In this document: piece after piece, positions 1 through 10,915 of the stretch
Position numbering within the stretch: the first letter of the stretch is position 1
Layout: each line of letters starts with the position of its first letter
NCBI GenBank assembly: GCA_965219575.1
Contig: OZ244779.1
Location: 2,188,769 to 2,252,768 of the forward strand
From: Candidatus Oxydemutatoraceae bacterium
GTDB lineage: Bacteria; Pseudomonadota; Gammaproteobacteria; Poriferisulfidales; Oxydemutatoraceae
Direction: 5' to 3'
Length of the DNA: 64,000 nt
Notes under the pieces: model-generated
The model's input: only the letters and a program-made list of their open reading frames with translations
Told to the model about the DNA's origin: nothing
Databases searched by the model: none
Position numbers and translations under genes: made by a program

Positions 1-1034
1 TTTAGTACTGCGTTGACGACCGTCGCCAGAGGAATAGCAAAGAAGACACCCCATACCCCCCAGATACCGCCGAAGATCAGTATTGCCGAAATAATTGCCA
101 CCGGATGCAGGTTGACTACCTCCGAAAACAGAAAAGGAACAAGCAGGTTGCCGTCGAGAAATTGAATAACGGCATAGGCAATCATCAGATAAACGAACTC
201 TGCGGAAAGACCCCATTGTGCATAAGCGACCATTGCCACCGGTAGCGTCATAACCGCAGCACCCAAAAAAGGAACGATGACCGAAATGCCGACCAAAAAG
301 GAGAGCAACGGGGCATAATTCAAACCCAGTGCCGCAAAGACTATCCACGAAACCACCCAAACTATCAATATCTCCAAGAGCTTGCCGCGTATATAGTTTG
401 AAACCTTTTGATTGGCTTCTTGCCACACTTGTGTGGTCAACGCACGGTTTTCCTTACGCGGCAAAAGTTTGGCAACCCAGCCGAGCAATAAATCTTTGTC
501 TTTCAAAAAGAAAAAGACCAACAAAGGCACCAACACCAAATAAACCAAAACCGTAATAAAGCCTTGAATCGAAACAAGCAAAGTGCTCAATACGCCTTGT
601 GCTATATCGGCAATTTCTTCGCGTAGACTGGCAATAAAATTAGTGATTTGTCGCTCCTCTATAAACTCGGGATAGATCTGGGGCAGTTGCAATAGTAACT
701 GCTGACCTCGGCTGGCAATCGCCGGCAGGTCGCGCAAGAAGTCGGTGATCTCTACCGTCATCAACGGTAGCAGTACCACTAAAATAAATAACACGATGCC
801 GATAAACAAAAGATAAACGGCGGTCAGTGCCAGCGTCGACGAAAGATTCCACTGCTTTAGCAAATCAACCGCACCGTCGAGGATATAAGCCAAAACCAAG
901 GCGATGATCAAGGGCGTTAATATGTCGCTCGCTACATTCAGTACGATTATAACCGCCACCAGCAATACAATCAGCACTACCAGCTGTGCGTTGGAGAAAA
1001 CTTTGTTAAACCATTGTGTTACTAATGAAGCCAT
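1..1034 (-). CDS. AI-2E family transporter (PerM-like), 3' end runs off the window
   Basis: Not in the ORF track. Manual translation from ATG at 1034 gives MASLVTQWFNKVFSNAQLVVLI..., a hydrophobic protein with LDGNLLVPFLFSEVVNLHPVAIISAILIFGGIWGVWGVFFAIPLA, typical of AI-2E proteins. Confidence 0.9.
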   Translation of the reverse strand, partial: MASLVTQWFNKVFSNAQLVVLIVLLVAVIIVLNVASDILTPLIIALVLAYILDGAVDLLKQWNLSSTLALTAVYLLFIGIVLFILVVLLPLMTVEITDFLRDLPAIASRGQQLLLQLPQIYPEFIEERQITNFIASLREEIADIAQGVLSTLLVSIQGFITVLVYLVLVPLLVFFFLKDKDLLLGWVAKLLPRKENRALTTQVWQEANQKVSNYIRGKLLEILIVWVVSWIVFAALGLNYAPLLSFLVGISVIVPFLGAAVMTLPVAMVAYAQWGLSAEFVYLMIAYAVIQFLDGNLLVPFLFSEVVNLHPVAIISAILIFGGIWGVWGVFFAIPLATVVNAVL

Positions 1035-1164
1035 GTAGCCATTCGATAAAAATATATATCATACACGATATAATAGAAGCACCCTATATAAGATGTGCGG
1101 GAATGATGTATGATATGCAAATACCAAGTCAAAAAATATAGAAAAATCACCTAAAATATAGTTT

Positions 1165-2883
1165 ATGCGTATCTCTTTATTCCCTCTAAACACGCTAAAG
1201 GAAACACCTGCCGATGCAGAAATAATCAGCCACCGACTGATGCTACGCGCAGGAATGATACGCAGGCTCTCGTCCGGGCTTTATACATGGTTGCCGATGG
1301 GGTTGCGCGTATTGCATAAAGTCACCGACATTGTTCGCGAAGAGATGGATGCTGCAGGTGCCGTTGAATTGTTAATGCCGGCGATACAGCCTGCGGAAAT
1401 ATGGCAAGAATCGGCGCGCTGGGAACACTATGGAGCCGAACTGTTGCGCGTCACCGACCGCCATCAAAACGATTTTGTCTTCGGACCTACCCACGAAGAA
1501 GTGATCACCGACCTCGCTCGGCGCGAATTCCGTAGTTATCGTCAGCTACCCGTTAATTACTATCAAATTCAAACCAAATTTCGCGATGAAATCCGACCGC
1601 GTTTCGGAGTGATGCGCGCCCGGGAATTCATTATGAAGGATGCTTATTCATTCCATACCGACGAGAAATCGCTGGACGAATGTTATCAAACGATGTATCG
1701 TGCGTATCATACTATATTTAGACGGCTCGGATTAGATTGTCGATCGGTATTGGCCGATACCGGTAGCATCGGCGGCAGTGCTTCGCACGAATTTCATGTG
1801 CTTGCGAATTCGGGAGAAGACGCTATCGCATTCTCGGACAACGACGACTATGCGGCTAATGTGGAGCTTGCACCGACACCGAATGAAGGAGAACGACCCG
1901 AGGCAAAAGAGAATTTAAACAAAATCGCAACACCCGGCATTGAAAGCATCACTGCGCTTGCGCAGTTCATAAAAGTCGACGAAAAAAAATGTTTGAAAAC
2001 ACTGATTCTTAAAGGCACCGATAGTGCTTTGGCGGCACTTTTCCTGCGTGGCGACCACACGCTGAATTTGAGTAAAGCGGCCAAACACCCCGCTATCAAG
2101 GATCCTATAGAGTTTGCCGAAGATGCGGAAATTGTCGAGCATATAAAATGTCCTCCCGGTTCACTCGGTCCTCTAGGAATGGATATCCCGATCATCGCCG
2201 ATTATGCGGTAGCTCGAATGGTTGATTTCGTTGCCGGTGCCAACGAAAAGGATTATCACTATACCGGTATGAACTGGGGACGCGATCTGCCGGAACCACA
2301 AACATACGATTTACGGAACATAGAGGAAGGTGACCCTAGTCCGAGTGGGCGCGGACATATACGTATACGGCGAGGCATAGAGGTCGGACATATTTTCAAG
2401 CTCGGTACTAAATATAGCGAAGCGATGAATGCAACGGTACTCGATGAAAACGATCAACCGACGACTATGACTATGGGATGCTACGGGATCGGTGTGTCGC
2501 GTATCGTTGCCGCTGCAATAGAGCAAAACCATGACGAGGCGGGAATTATTTGGCCTGCGGCGATGGCACCTTTTATGCTATCTCTCACCCCCATACAATA
2601 TCACCGCAACCCGAAAGTGAAACAGGAAAGTGAAAATTTATATAATGCTTTGTGCGATATGGGGGTCGAAGTTCTTTTGGACGACCGAGATGTGCGTGTC
2701 GGAGTGATGTTCTCCGATAGTGATTTATTGGGTTTGCCGTGGCGCATAGTAATAAGCGAACGCCGGCTCGCACAAGGCGAAATTGAATTGATCGAACGCC
2801 GAAACCGAGCAGAAAACGTATTAAAATATACCGATGCAAAAACAACCGCGCAATCTATAATAGAGAAAATTCAACCGAACTAA
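1165..2883 (+). CDS. proS: Proline--tRNA ligase
   Basis: [40 protein letters not shown] and [10 protein letters not shown] motifs; editing domain present. Confidence 0.98.
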   Translation: MRISLFPLNTLKETPADAEIISHRLMLRAGMIRRLSSGLYTWLPMGLRVLHKVTDIVREEMDAAGAVELLMPAIQPAEIWQESARWEHYGAELLRVTDRHQNDFVFGPTHEEVITDLARREFRSYRQLPVNYYQIQTKFRDEIRPRFGVMRAREFIMKDAYSFHTDEKSLDECYQTMYRAYHTIFRRLGLDCRSVLADTGSIGGSASHEFHVLANSGEDAIAFSDNDDYAANVELAPTPNEGERPEAKENLNKIATPGIESITALAQFIKVDEKKCLKTLILKGTDSALAALFLRGDHTLNLSKAAKHPAIKDPIEFAEDAEIVEHIKCPPGSLGPLGMDIPIIADYAVARMVDFVAGANEKDYHYTGMNWGRDLPEPQTYDLRNIEEGDPSPSGRGHIRIRRGIEVGHIFKLGTKYSEAMNATVLDENDQPTTMTMGCYGIGVSRIVAAAIEQNHDEAGIIWPAAMAPFMLSLTPIQYHRNPKVKQESENLYNALCDMGVEVLLDDRDVRVGVMFSDSDLLGLPWRIVISERRLAQGEIELIERRNRAENVLKYTDAKTTAQSIIEKIQPN

Positions 2884-2896
2884 TGTTACGAATACT

Positions 2897-3217
2897 ATGA
2901 AAAATATCGTTTTGCTAATCGTATCGCTGGTTGTTATAACCGGCTGCGCCTCGACCGAACTTACGCTACAAGGAAGCAAAGTTAATGTAGGCAAAGAGTC
3001 CGACCTCAAACAATGCCAAATATTAGGAAGCACGCGTCTGTCGCTGTCACCGACACGCACCAAACTAATGAAAGAAAAGCGAATCAAAGAGCAACTGACC
3101 TTAGAAGCACGAAACTTCGCAGCACGAATCGGCGGCAATATGATATTACCCGTCGGGACCCCCGAAGAGGGCAAACAATCTTTCAAGATTTATAATTGCC
3201 CACTGTTCGACAACTAA
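2897..3217 (+). CDS. Small lipoprotein (DUF4156-like)
   Basis: Lipobox VITGC; CQILG and EARNFAARIGGN motifs; C-terminal YNCP. Confidence 0.75.
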   Translation: MKNIVLLIVSLVVITGCASTELTLQGSKVNVGKESDLKQCQILGSTRLSLSPTRTKLMKEKRIKEQLTLEARNFAARIGGNMILPVGTPEEGKQSFKIYNCPLFDN

Positions 3218-3234
3218 AGCGAAACTCGAAGTCA

Positions 3235-4068
3235 ATGCCCGCATCTTCTATTTTAATAACCGGATGTTCTACCGGCATAGGCTATAGTGCCGCCGTTGAA
3301 TTGAAAAAACGAGGATACAGGGTCTTTGCAACCGCACGAAAAGATGACGATATAGCGCGTCTTTGCAAGCAAGGTTTCGAAGCGGCAAAACTCGACTTGA
3401 ATTCATCGGATAGCATTCGGCAATGCTTCGATTGGGTAATGCAACAAAGCGGTGGTACCCTCGACGCACTATTCAATAACGGTGGTTACGGTCAAGTCGG
3501 GGCCATTGAAGATTTGAGCCGTGAACAATTACGGCTACAGTTCGAAACCAATCTTTTCGGTTGGCACGAATTGACCTGCCTTGCAGTCTCCGTGATGCGT
3601 CGACAAAAACACGGACGTATAGTACAGAACGGGTCGGGTCTGGGTTTATTCGTGCTACCACTACGCGGGGCTTATAACGCCAGTAAACATGCGTTAGAGG
3701 GATGGGCCGACACTTTGCGTTTGGAAATGGCCGACACGAACATCAAAATATCGATTTTGGAACCGGGTCCGATAGATACACCCTTTAGACAAAATAGCTT
3801 AAAAACTTTAGAAAGTATTATTAACAAGCAAGAGAGTTTTCATATGAGTAGTTATAGCAAAATGATAGAACGGCTGGAAGTAGTAGGTCCGGCGGTTTCG
3901 TTCACGCTTCCGCCCGAGGCCGTCGTCAAAAAGCTGATACACGCGCTTGAAAGCAAGCATCCTCGTACGCGCTATCGCATCACATTTCCGGTAATCGTAC
4001 TTTGGTATATGAAAAAATGGCTCAGCGATCGTATGTTTGACCGTATTTTGCTGAAAGCAAAGCAGTAA
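3235..4068 (+). CDS. SDR family NAD(P)-dependent oxidoreductase (YbbO-like)
   Basis: ILITGCSTGIG Rossmann motif, LFNNGG and YNASK catalytic motif. ATG at 3235 preferred over 3196. Confidence 0.9.
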   Translation: MPASSILITGCSTGIGYSAAVELKKRGYRVFATARKDDDIARLCKQGFEAAKLDLNSSDSIRQCFDWVMQQSGGTLDALFNNGGYGQVGAIEDLSREQLRLQFETNLFGWHELTCLAVSVMRRQKHGRIVQNGSGLGLFVLPLRGAYNASKHALEGWADTLRLEMADTNIKISILEPGPIDTPFRQNSLKTLESIINKQESFHMSSYSKMIERLEVVGPAVSFTLPPEAVVKKLIHALESKHPRTRYRITFPVIVLWYMKKWLSDRMFDRILLKAKQ

Positions 4069-4121
4069 AAATTACTACAACGGGATTGTAATCGTTATTT
4101 AGACGGATAAACATTTAAATC

Positions 4122-4766
4122 GTGCCTATTTTTCAGCAGCCTCGAATAGCTTATTATAAATATAGCTATTTAATCATTGTCGCAACACTGCTATCGGCTT
4201 GTGCCACACCCCAGCCGCAAAATATCAACAATGCCTGCGAGATATTCGAGGAAAAAAAATCGTGGCGCGAGGCTGCCATCTCCTCTCAGGAACGTTGGAA
4301 TATCCCTATGGAAGTTACTTTGGCGTTCGTGCATCAGGAGTCATCTTTCAAAGGCAACGCAAAACCACCTAGAAAAAAACTACTCGGATTTATCCCGTGG
4401 TTCGGTAGAGTATCTTCGGCCTCGGGCTATTCTCAGGCTTTAGACGAAAGTTGGGGTGAATATAAAAGAGAAACCGGGCGGTGGTATGCTCGCCGTAGTA
4501 GTTTCAAATATTCTGCCGATTTCATCGGCTGGTATAACAACAAAAGCGTGAGAGAAATCGGGTTATCACCCAACGATGCCTATTCACTCTACTTAGCGTA
4601 TCACGAAGGTAGGGGAGGATTTAAGCGCAAAACTTATAACCAAAAACCTTGGTTACTCAAGGTGGCAACCAAAGTCAAACAACGCACGGCGGCGTACCGC
4701 CAACAAATTGCCGGCTGTCCGGCTAAGCCACGCTCGTGGTTTTCAAAATTGATAAGCCTTAACTAG
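4122..4766 (+). CDS. Lipoprotein with transglycosylase SLT-like domain
   Basis: Lipobox LSAC; HQESSF catalytic Glu motif, SSASGYSQA and YLAYHEG. Confidence 0.85.
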   Translation: MPIFQQPRIAYYKYSYLIIVATLLSACATPQPQNINNACEIFEEKKSWREAAISSQERWNIPMEVTLAFVHQESSFKGNAKPPRKKLLGFIPWFGRVSSASGYSQALDESWGEYKRETGRWYARRSSFKYSADFIGWYNNKSVREIGLSPNDAYSLYLAYHEGRGGFKRKTYNQKPWLLKVATKVKQRTAAYRQQIAGCPAKPRSWFSKLISLN

Positions 4767-4822
4767 TTGCAAATAGGGTTATCGGCCGACCGGGATCTAT
4801 ACCGACTCGGCTAATCGTAAAA

Positions 4823-4896
4823 TGGCTATGGCTGGACTTGAACCAGCGACCCCGGCATTATGAATGCCGTGCTCTAACCAACTGAGCTACATAGCC
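4823..4896 (-). tRNA. tRNA-Met (CAT), elongator type; CCA not encoded
   Basis: Reverse complement GGCTATGTAGCTCAGTTGGTTAGAGCACGGCATTCATAATGCCGGGGTCGCTGGTTCAAGTCCAGCCATAGCCA folds as a cloverleaf with a CAT anticodon. Confidence 0.95.
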
Positions 4897-4981
4897 ACCG
4901 TGAAAAATAATTATACTTTATAAGATATGTCTCCGAAAATTTGAATTCGAAAATGTTATAATCGTTATTCTTATCTAAGGA

Positions 4982-5965
4982 TTGATAAATTTCAAAAACA
5001 TGCAGACTATCCCTATTTATATTATCAGTCTAAGGCGAACACCCGAGCGTAGACTGCATATACAAAGACAACTCGATGCCTACAACTTAAAATATCGGGT
5101 GATAGAAGCCGTAGACGCTTATAATTTTCAAGAATCCGAGTTAAGCGTGCTCGATATAGAAAATCCGTATCAAGAAGATAATACCGACCGGCTCAGCACG
5201 CTGGGTTGCCTACTAAGTCATATAGAATTCTATAATCAAGTCATTAAAAATAATCACGAGATAGCTTGCGTGTTAGAAGATGATGCAAAATTATTGCCTT
5301 CTTTCCCCGATGTTCTAAACTCCGAAAAATTGCAACAGAAAAAATGGGAAATTTTATTACTAGCACATCAATCGAATATAGTTACCGAGTTGCTAAAACT
5401 ATATTATAAACATGCTAAAATCAAGAGGTTTCGCCTTTATGACAAATATATATTAGGTGCCCTACCCGGTAATTTCTCGGAACAGATATGCGAAAAACAT
5501 TATATCGGCAAAACTAGAGAACATACGAAATCGACATTGGGTTATCTACTAAGACTATCGGCAGCAAAGACGCTTAAGAGAATCGCGCTTGCGTACAAAA
5601 ATTATGTTTATATAGACGATATCACCGGAGATCAAAGCGTATCCGGAGTTGATACCAAACTGATAACCCCCCCCTGCATCAGACCGAATATTACTTATAT
5701 TAGATATAGTTTAATCGCGCAGAGAGGTTCTGTTCCGAACCCCGGTAAAATTCCGAACGAAGAATTATTGAGTTTTTTTATGCGAAATAAATGGATAACC
5801 ATAATGACACAACTCGCCAAGTTCAAAAGAATAAAACTCATGTTAAGATTTGCAATGATATTAGTACTCTTCGAATGGGAAAGGATGAAAAAATATCTTA
5901 TGCCGAACAAATACTGCAATGAAAGAATACTTTTAGCAAAGAAAAATCATACGGCTTCTAAGTAG
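4982..5965 (+). CDS. Glycosyltransferase family 25 (LOS/LPS)
   Basis: IYIISLRRTPERR, EAVDA, GCLLSH and VLEDDA motifs; AT-rich. Confidence 0.88.
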   Translation: MINFKNMQTIPIYIISLRRTPERRLHIQRQLDAYNLKYRVIEAVDAYNFQESELSVLDIENPYQEDNTDRLSTLGCLLSHIEFYNQVIKNNHEIACVLEDDAKLLPSFPDVLNSEKLQQKKWEILLLAHQSNIVTELLKLYYKHAKIKRFRLYDKYILGALPGNFSEQICEKHYIGKTREHTKSTLGYLLRLSAAKTLKRIALAYKNYVYIDDITGDQSVSGVDTKLITPPCIRPNITYIRYSLIAQRGSVPNPGKIPNEELLSFFMRNKWITIMTQLAKFKRIKLMLRFAMILVLFEWERMKKYLMPNKYCNERILLAKKNHTASK

Positions 5966-6000
5966 TACCGACCATAGCTTGCCCTGTTAGATAAACATTC

Positions 6001-7089
6001 CTAAACATTAAATCGGAAGTGCACAACGTCGGCTTCTTGCACTACATACTCTTTACCTTCGAGACGCCATTTGCCGCCATCCTTGGCACCCTGCTCTCCA
6101 CCATGATTTATATAATCCTCGTAAGCAATCACTTCTGCCCGAATGAAACCTTTTTCAAAATCACCGTGTATACAAGCTGCTGCACGCGGTGCGGTTGCAC
6201 CTCGGAAAACCGTCCACGCTCTAGCTTCTTTAGGACCTGCGGTGAAAAATGTGAGTAAATCGAGTAAGCGATAACCCGCTTGCGCAACGCGTTCCAGACC
6301 GGTTTTTTCCAACCCCATATCTTCCATAAATTCCTGTTGCTCCGCTCTATCCAAACCGACCAGCTCTGCTTCAAATTTTGCGCAAACCTCAACGAGAGTT
6401 ATATTTTGTTCGGTTGCATACCGGGTCAACTGCTCGCGATACGCATTTTCTTTCAGGTTTTGATCGTCTATATTGGCGATCAGCATCATCGGCTTCGAAC
6501 TCAGCAAGTCTAATTCTCGTATTTGCATTCGTTGCACTTCGTTCAGCTTTAAGCTGCGAATGCTATTCCCTTCGGCCAGGTGTTCGTATAATCGTTCCAG
6601 TGTCTGTTTTTTCAAAATCTCTTCCTTATTCCCCGATTTTGCATTTTTAGCAATACGCCGACACGCGCGATCGACCATTTCCAAGTCGGAAAGCAGTAAT
6701 TCCGTGTTGATGGTCTCTGCATCGGACAACGGGTCAACCTTTCCTTCCACATGGCTCACCTCACCTTGAAAACATCTTAAAACCTGCACAATCGCGTGCG
6801 TACCTCTGATATGAGACAGGAATTGATTACCAAGCCCTTCACCTTTCGAAGCACCTTTGACGAGCCCGGCAATATCTACAAATTCAATTGCGGTCGGCAC
6901 CTTTTTGGCCGACGATGCCAGCTTCGCCAATCGGTCCAAGCGCTCGTCCGGAACCTCTACTACGCCGGTGTTCGGGTCTATCGTACAAAAAGGGTAATTC
7001 TCCGCCGGAATATCGGCACCGGTTAAGGCATTGAATAGAGTGGATTTGCCTACATTGGGTAAACCCACGATACCGCACTTAAATCCCAT
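6001..7089 (-). CDS. ychF: Redox-regulated ATPase YchF
   Basis: GIVGLPNVGKST, NYPFCTIDPN, DIAGLVKGASKGEGLGNQFL; ends FRFNV. Confidence 0.98.
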   Translation of the reverse strand: MGFKCGIVGLPNVGKSTLFNALTGADIPAENYPFCTIDPNTGVVEVPDERLDRLAKLASSAKKVPTAIEFVDIAGLVKGASKGEGLGNQFLSHIRGTHAIVQVLRCFQGEVSHVEGKVDPLSDAETINTELLLSDLEMVDRACRRIAKNAKSGNKEEILKKQTLERLYEHLAEGNSIRSLKLNEVQRMQIRELDLLSSKPMMLIANIDDQNLKENAYREQLTRYATEQNITLVEVCAKFEAELVGLDRAEQQEFMEDMGLEKTGLERVAQAGYRLLDLLTFFTAGPKEARAWTVFRGATAPRAAACIHGDFEKGFIRAEVIAYEDYINHGGEQGAKDGGKWRLEGKEYVVQEADVVHFRFNV

Positions 7090-7100
7090 TAGCCTGTCGT

Positions 7101-7679
7101 TTATGTATGTAGGGTTTCCATCGCTTTTTGAAACTCTCCCACCACCATATCTTCGACTAGGATAGAGAGTTTCGGAAAATAAGCCTCTATCGCAAGACGC
7201 TCGTCTGTTTTAGGATCCGCTAAAACATAAGGTGCGACTTTATCCTTAGAACCGGGGTGGCCTACACCGATGCGCAGACGCCAAAAATCTTTGCCCAGAT
7301 GCCTAATAATGTCCAATAATCCGTTATGTCCCCCGTGTCCACCGCCGTATTTGATGCGTATCTTTGTGGTTTCAAAATCTATCTCGTCGTGGACTATTAA
7401 AACTCGTTGCATATCCAACTTGTAAAAATGAATAACGGTAGCAAGTGCCAAACCACTCACATTCATAAATACATTCGGTTTTACCAGCTTTACCCGCCGA
7501 CCGGAAAGCATAATATCGGAGATTGCACTTCTGAGTTTAGCGTGTGCTTTGAATTGTGCTCGGTGTGTGTTCGCTAAATAATCTATGAACCAAAAACCTG
7601 CGTTGTGTCGATTATTTCGGTATTCGGTGCCGGGGTTGCCCAAACCCGCAATCAGCTCGATACCCGTCCGACTAGCCAC
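7101..7679 (-). CDS. pth: Peptidyl-tRNA hydrolase
   Basis: GLGNPG, RHNAGF, VHDEID, GHGGHNGL and RLRIGVGHP. Confidence 0.98.
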   Translation of the reverse strand: MASRTGIELIAGLGNPGTEYRNNRHNAGFWFIDYLANTHRAQFKAHAKLRSAISDIMLSGRRVKLVKPNVFMNVSGLALATVIHFYKLDMQRVLIVHDEIDFETTKIRIKYGGGHGGHNGLLDIIRHLGKDFWRLRIGVGHPGSKDKVAPYVLADPKTDERLAIEAYFPKLSILVEDMVVGEFQKAMETLHT

Positions 7680-7717
7680 AAATTTCTAAACGATGGTGAT
7701 GCAATAGCCAAACCCGA

Positions 7718-8389
7718 TTACTCTTTATCGTCCTTCGCTTCCTTCTGTTCTTCCGCTTGCTGTTGTTCTTCGCCCGCTTCTGCTACGGCTCTTTCTTCTG
7801 CCTCGGTTACCCGTGGCATAATCACCGAAACGAGCGCATAGTCGTTCGCCTCACCTTGCGACAACGCCACCAGACTAATACCTTCCGGTAACTCAAGGTC
7901 GGACAAATGCAAAGAACTACCTAAACCCAAATCGGCAACATCAACGTCCAGATATTCGGGTAGATCCTTGGGTAAGCACGATACTTCGACATCGGTCTGT
8001 GTGTGGCTGATAATCCCTCCCTGTTGCTTGACACCTGCACATGTATCCTCGTTGACAAAATGCAACGGCACATTCACCTTGATCTGTTGGTCGTCGCTAA
8101 TTCTAAAAAAATCTATATGCAATACTTGCGCTTTGCTAGGATGACGTTGTATATCACGCAAAATAACTTTTTCATTCTTATCGACAGCTTTTAAGGTCAA
8201 AATGTGTGAATAAAAAGACTCGTTTTCTAAATGCCGTATTAGTTCGTTGTGATTAATAGAAAGCAATACGGGTGGGCGATTGCCACCGTAGACTACCGCA
8301 GGCACTTGCCCTGCCTTTCGCATACGGCGGTTCGTGCTGGTATTGGATTGATTGCGCGATTCTACTTTAATCTCAAATTCCTGTTGCAT
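7718..8389 (-). CDS. rplY: 50S ribosomal protein L25/Ctc
   Basis: RKAGQVPAVVYG, IQRHP, HIDF; has the TL5 C-terminal domain. Confidence 0.97.
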   Translation of the reverse strand: MQQEFEIKVESRNQSNTSTNRRMRKAGQVPAVVYGGNRPPVLLSINHNELIRHLENESFYSHILTLKAVDKNEKVILRDIQRHPSKAQVLHIDFFRISDDQQIKVNVPLHFVNEDTCAGVKQQGGIISHTQTDVEVSCLPKDLPEYLDVDVADLGLGSSLHLSDLELPEGISLVALSQGEANDYALVSVIMPRVTEAEERAVAEAGEEQQQAEEQKEAKDDKE

Positions 8390-8500
8390 AGTAGTCTCCT
8401 TTTTACATCAATAGGCTGCCGGCTTTCACACAGACCGACATAATTTCCGCTGAGTGGCTTTGCGACACTAGAACCAATGAGTATTTTATCTAAGTTGACT

Positions 8501-8716
8501 CTATTCTTTAGAGTCGGTATGCCATAACCATGGACGATCTTTCATGATCAGGAAAAATATCCACACGTTGCCGACCAAGCCGATCAATAAAACAACGGCA
8601 GCACCCAAACTCCACAGAGGATCGTGTAAATGGTCGGAAAATGGAGCCATATTTATGGCATAAGCAATGAATATGGACCACACGACCATCAGTGCTATAG
8701 TAATCAATAATTTCAT
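8501..8716 (-). CDS. Small hypothetical two-TM membrane protein
   Basis: 71 aa with two hydrophobic segments; GGGGTG SD-like sequence upstream of the ATG. Confidence 0.6.
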   Translation of the reverse strand: MKLLITIALMVVWSIFIAYAINMAPFSDHLHDPLWSLGAAVVLLIGLVGNVWIFFLIMKDRPWLWHTDSKE

Positions 8717-9075
8717 ATTTCACCCCATAGTTATTTCTATACTAGAGTAGCATGGGAATTATATAAGTAACTTGACAAACTCCGTTAGACTGCCTCGCCA
8801 CTCTATTTATTGACACTTCGCAGACCATAATTGCAATCTCCATGTCCAGCTGCGGTATTCCCGACCGCCGATCCGCAACCAAGCAAATGTGGAATGGCTG
8901 TTATTCAGATAATTCACATTATATTACAAAATTTCTTTCTTGCGCTTTATTTTTTTGCCAAGTTATCTATATAATTCCCAAGGAGTTTATAAGCAGAGTT
9001 GCGGATTGCTAATTCGGTGGATAAACGCGTTAATCGTGTAATAATTGCACCACCGATAACGCTACACGGAAATGA

Positions 9076-10161
9076 TCAGCGACCACCGGGAATACTCGAG
9101 GCATCCAAAAATTTGTCGTAGAAAATCTGATCCTCGGACATATTATTTTCAACGAGCACCGCAATCGCGGCATCTATCATCGGTGGAGGACCACACAGAT
9201 ACGCTTGGCACCGACTTGCGTCCACCACACCTTTATCTATATACTCCTCTTTCAAGTGTTGGGTGACAAAACCACGCGGCCCGTCCCAGTCACTCTCTTC
9301 CGGTTCATCCGATAGTACTTCTACGAATTTGAAGGCTTTATCATTTGTCCAGTTTTCGCGAATCGTCTCCATATCCGATCTGCAATATAAGTCGCGCTGT
9401 GCGCGTGCGCCGAAAAAGAAGTATGCATCTCGCTTTATCTTGTTGTGCGCCGCATATTCCAAAATTGCTTTGAGCGCACTCATGCCGCTGCCACCGGCAA
9501 TGCAAATCATAGGTTTGTCGCTGTCTCGCAACCAAAAATTTCCGTACGGTACACCGATATTAAAGCGGGTACCCGTTTGGTCTCGTTCAAACAACCAATC
9601 GGTAAATTCTCCTCCCGGCACATGACGAACAAAGAACAATAATTCTCGAGGATCGCCCTGCTGCGGCGAGCTTGCAAAAGAATAGGATCTAGGCTTCTCT
9701 AAATTTTTATGCGATATTTCCGCATATTGTCCGGCCTTCATGTCGGCGGGCATATTTTCGTCGCAACTAATTAGCATTTCAACAATATCGTGTGTTAGAT
9801 TGCGTACTCGCTTCAGAGTGCCTTCACAATTAACAATGGCTGTGGTACTACTCTCTGTATCGAGTTCTACTTCTATTTCAACATCCGATTTTAGAGCGGT
9901 CTGACAAGCGAGTATCATTCCCGAATTCAGCTGATCCTGAGTCAACACATAAGAGAAATCGTTGAGCGGCCTGATTTTCCCCTTTTTGAGGTAGCAACGG
10001 CAGGTGCCACAACTCCCGACACGACAATCGTGCGGCCAAGCCAAGCCTGATGCCAAACCGGCCGCCAGCAGGTTTTCTTTAGGTTTTACGGTAACCGTTG
10101 CCGACCGATTAATCGTTGCTTTATGCTCTCTGCTCGGCTTAAATATATCAAATATAGACAT
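9076..10161 (-). CDS. 2Fe-2S/FAD/NAD oxidoreductase (XylA/DmpP-like oxygenase reductase)
   Basis: CRVGSCGTC...LAC plant-type ferredoxin, RSYS FAD motif, AGGSG and YLCGPPPM. Confidence 0.92.
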   Translation of the reverse strand: MSIFDIFKPSREHKATINRSATVTVKPKENLLAAGLASGLAWPHDCRVGSCGTCRCYLKKGKIRPLNDFSYVLTQDQLNSGMILACQTALKSDVEIEVELDTESSTTAIVNCEGTLKRVRNLTHDIVEMLISCDENMPADMKAGQYAEISHKNLEKPRSYSFASSPQQGDPRELLFFVRHVPGGEFTDWLFERDQTGTRFNIGVPYGNFWLRDSDKPMICIAGGSGMSALKAILEYAAHNKIKRDAYFFFGARAQRDLYCRSDMETIRENWTNDKAFKFVEVLSDEPEESDWDGPRGFVTQHLKEEYIDKGVVDASRCQAYLCGPPPMIDAAIAVLVENNMSEDQIFYDKFLDASSIPGGR

Positions 10162-10227
10162 AACACTATTTATAGCACATCGAGCAAAGTGCTTTATGAA
10201 TAGCAGTCTTAACCTTACTCGGATACT

Positions 10228-10890
10228 TCAAACGTTAATAGAAATATCTCTAAGGGTGCCGTTTTGCATATCCTCCGATGTCGGCACGGTGGTATACGGA
10301 ATGATATTTTCCTTACTCGTGCTCGGATGTTGCTTTACTTTGTTAAACCACTCCTGCACTTTACCGTGCTGCCCGACTAAATCACCGTGTCCTTTGATCA
10401 TTAGTGCGTTAATACAGGCAGACCAATGTACGTCGGCCATAGAAAAATCTCCACATATATAATCACCTTTTTTAGGTGGATTTGTGATTTGTATGTTCAA
10501 CTGACTTAAAGAATCACCTATCCCGGATGTATCGTCGGCTGCAATTTTAGGCTGAACTACGTTCGATGCAACACCGACCCACTGATACATAAGTGCCCTG
10601 ATAACACCGTTTCTAGGAACTAGCGAGGGACCGAAACCCTTATCGTCTAAATAAGAAAGTGCACAAGATGTACCGTATATAACAAAGTCTATGTCTTGTA
10701 GTATAGGAGAAACACCTAAAGGAGACAATGCTCGAATCTCGGAACTGTCCAGCCCCCCCCCGTCTATATCTATCACTTTAGCTTCTATATCAACTCCTTT
10801 CTCGGCTGCCATCTGCAAACACTTGGCAGTATCTATACACTTTGGATGACCATATAAAACCATACGGTTTCTTAATTGATCTCCAATCAT
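10228..10890 (-). CDS. Glutathione S-transferase family protein
   Basis: AAEKG, SPLGVSPIL, YLDD and YICGDFSMAD motifs. Confidence 0.88.
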   Translation of the reverse strand: MIGDQLRNRMVLYGHPKCIDTAKCLQMAAEKGVDIEAKVIDIDGGGLDSSEIRALSPLGVSPILQDIDFVIYGTSCALSYLDDKGFGPSLVPRNGVIRALMYQWVGVASNVVQPKIAADDTSGIGDSLSQLNIQITNPPKKGDYICGDFSMADVHWSACINALMIKGHGDLVGQHGKVQEWFNKVKQHPSTSKENIIPYTTVPTSEDMQNGTLRDISINV

Positions 10891-10915
10891 TATATACCTC
10901 CTTTTGAGTTAAAGT

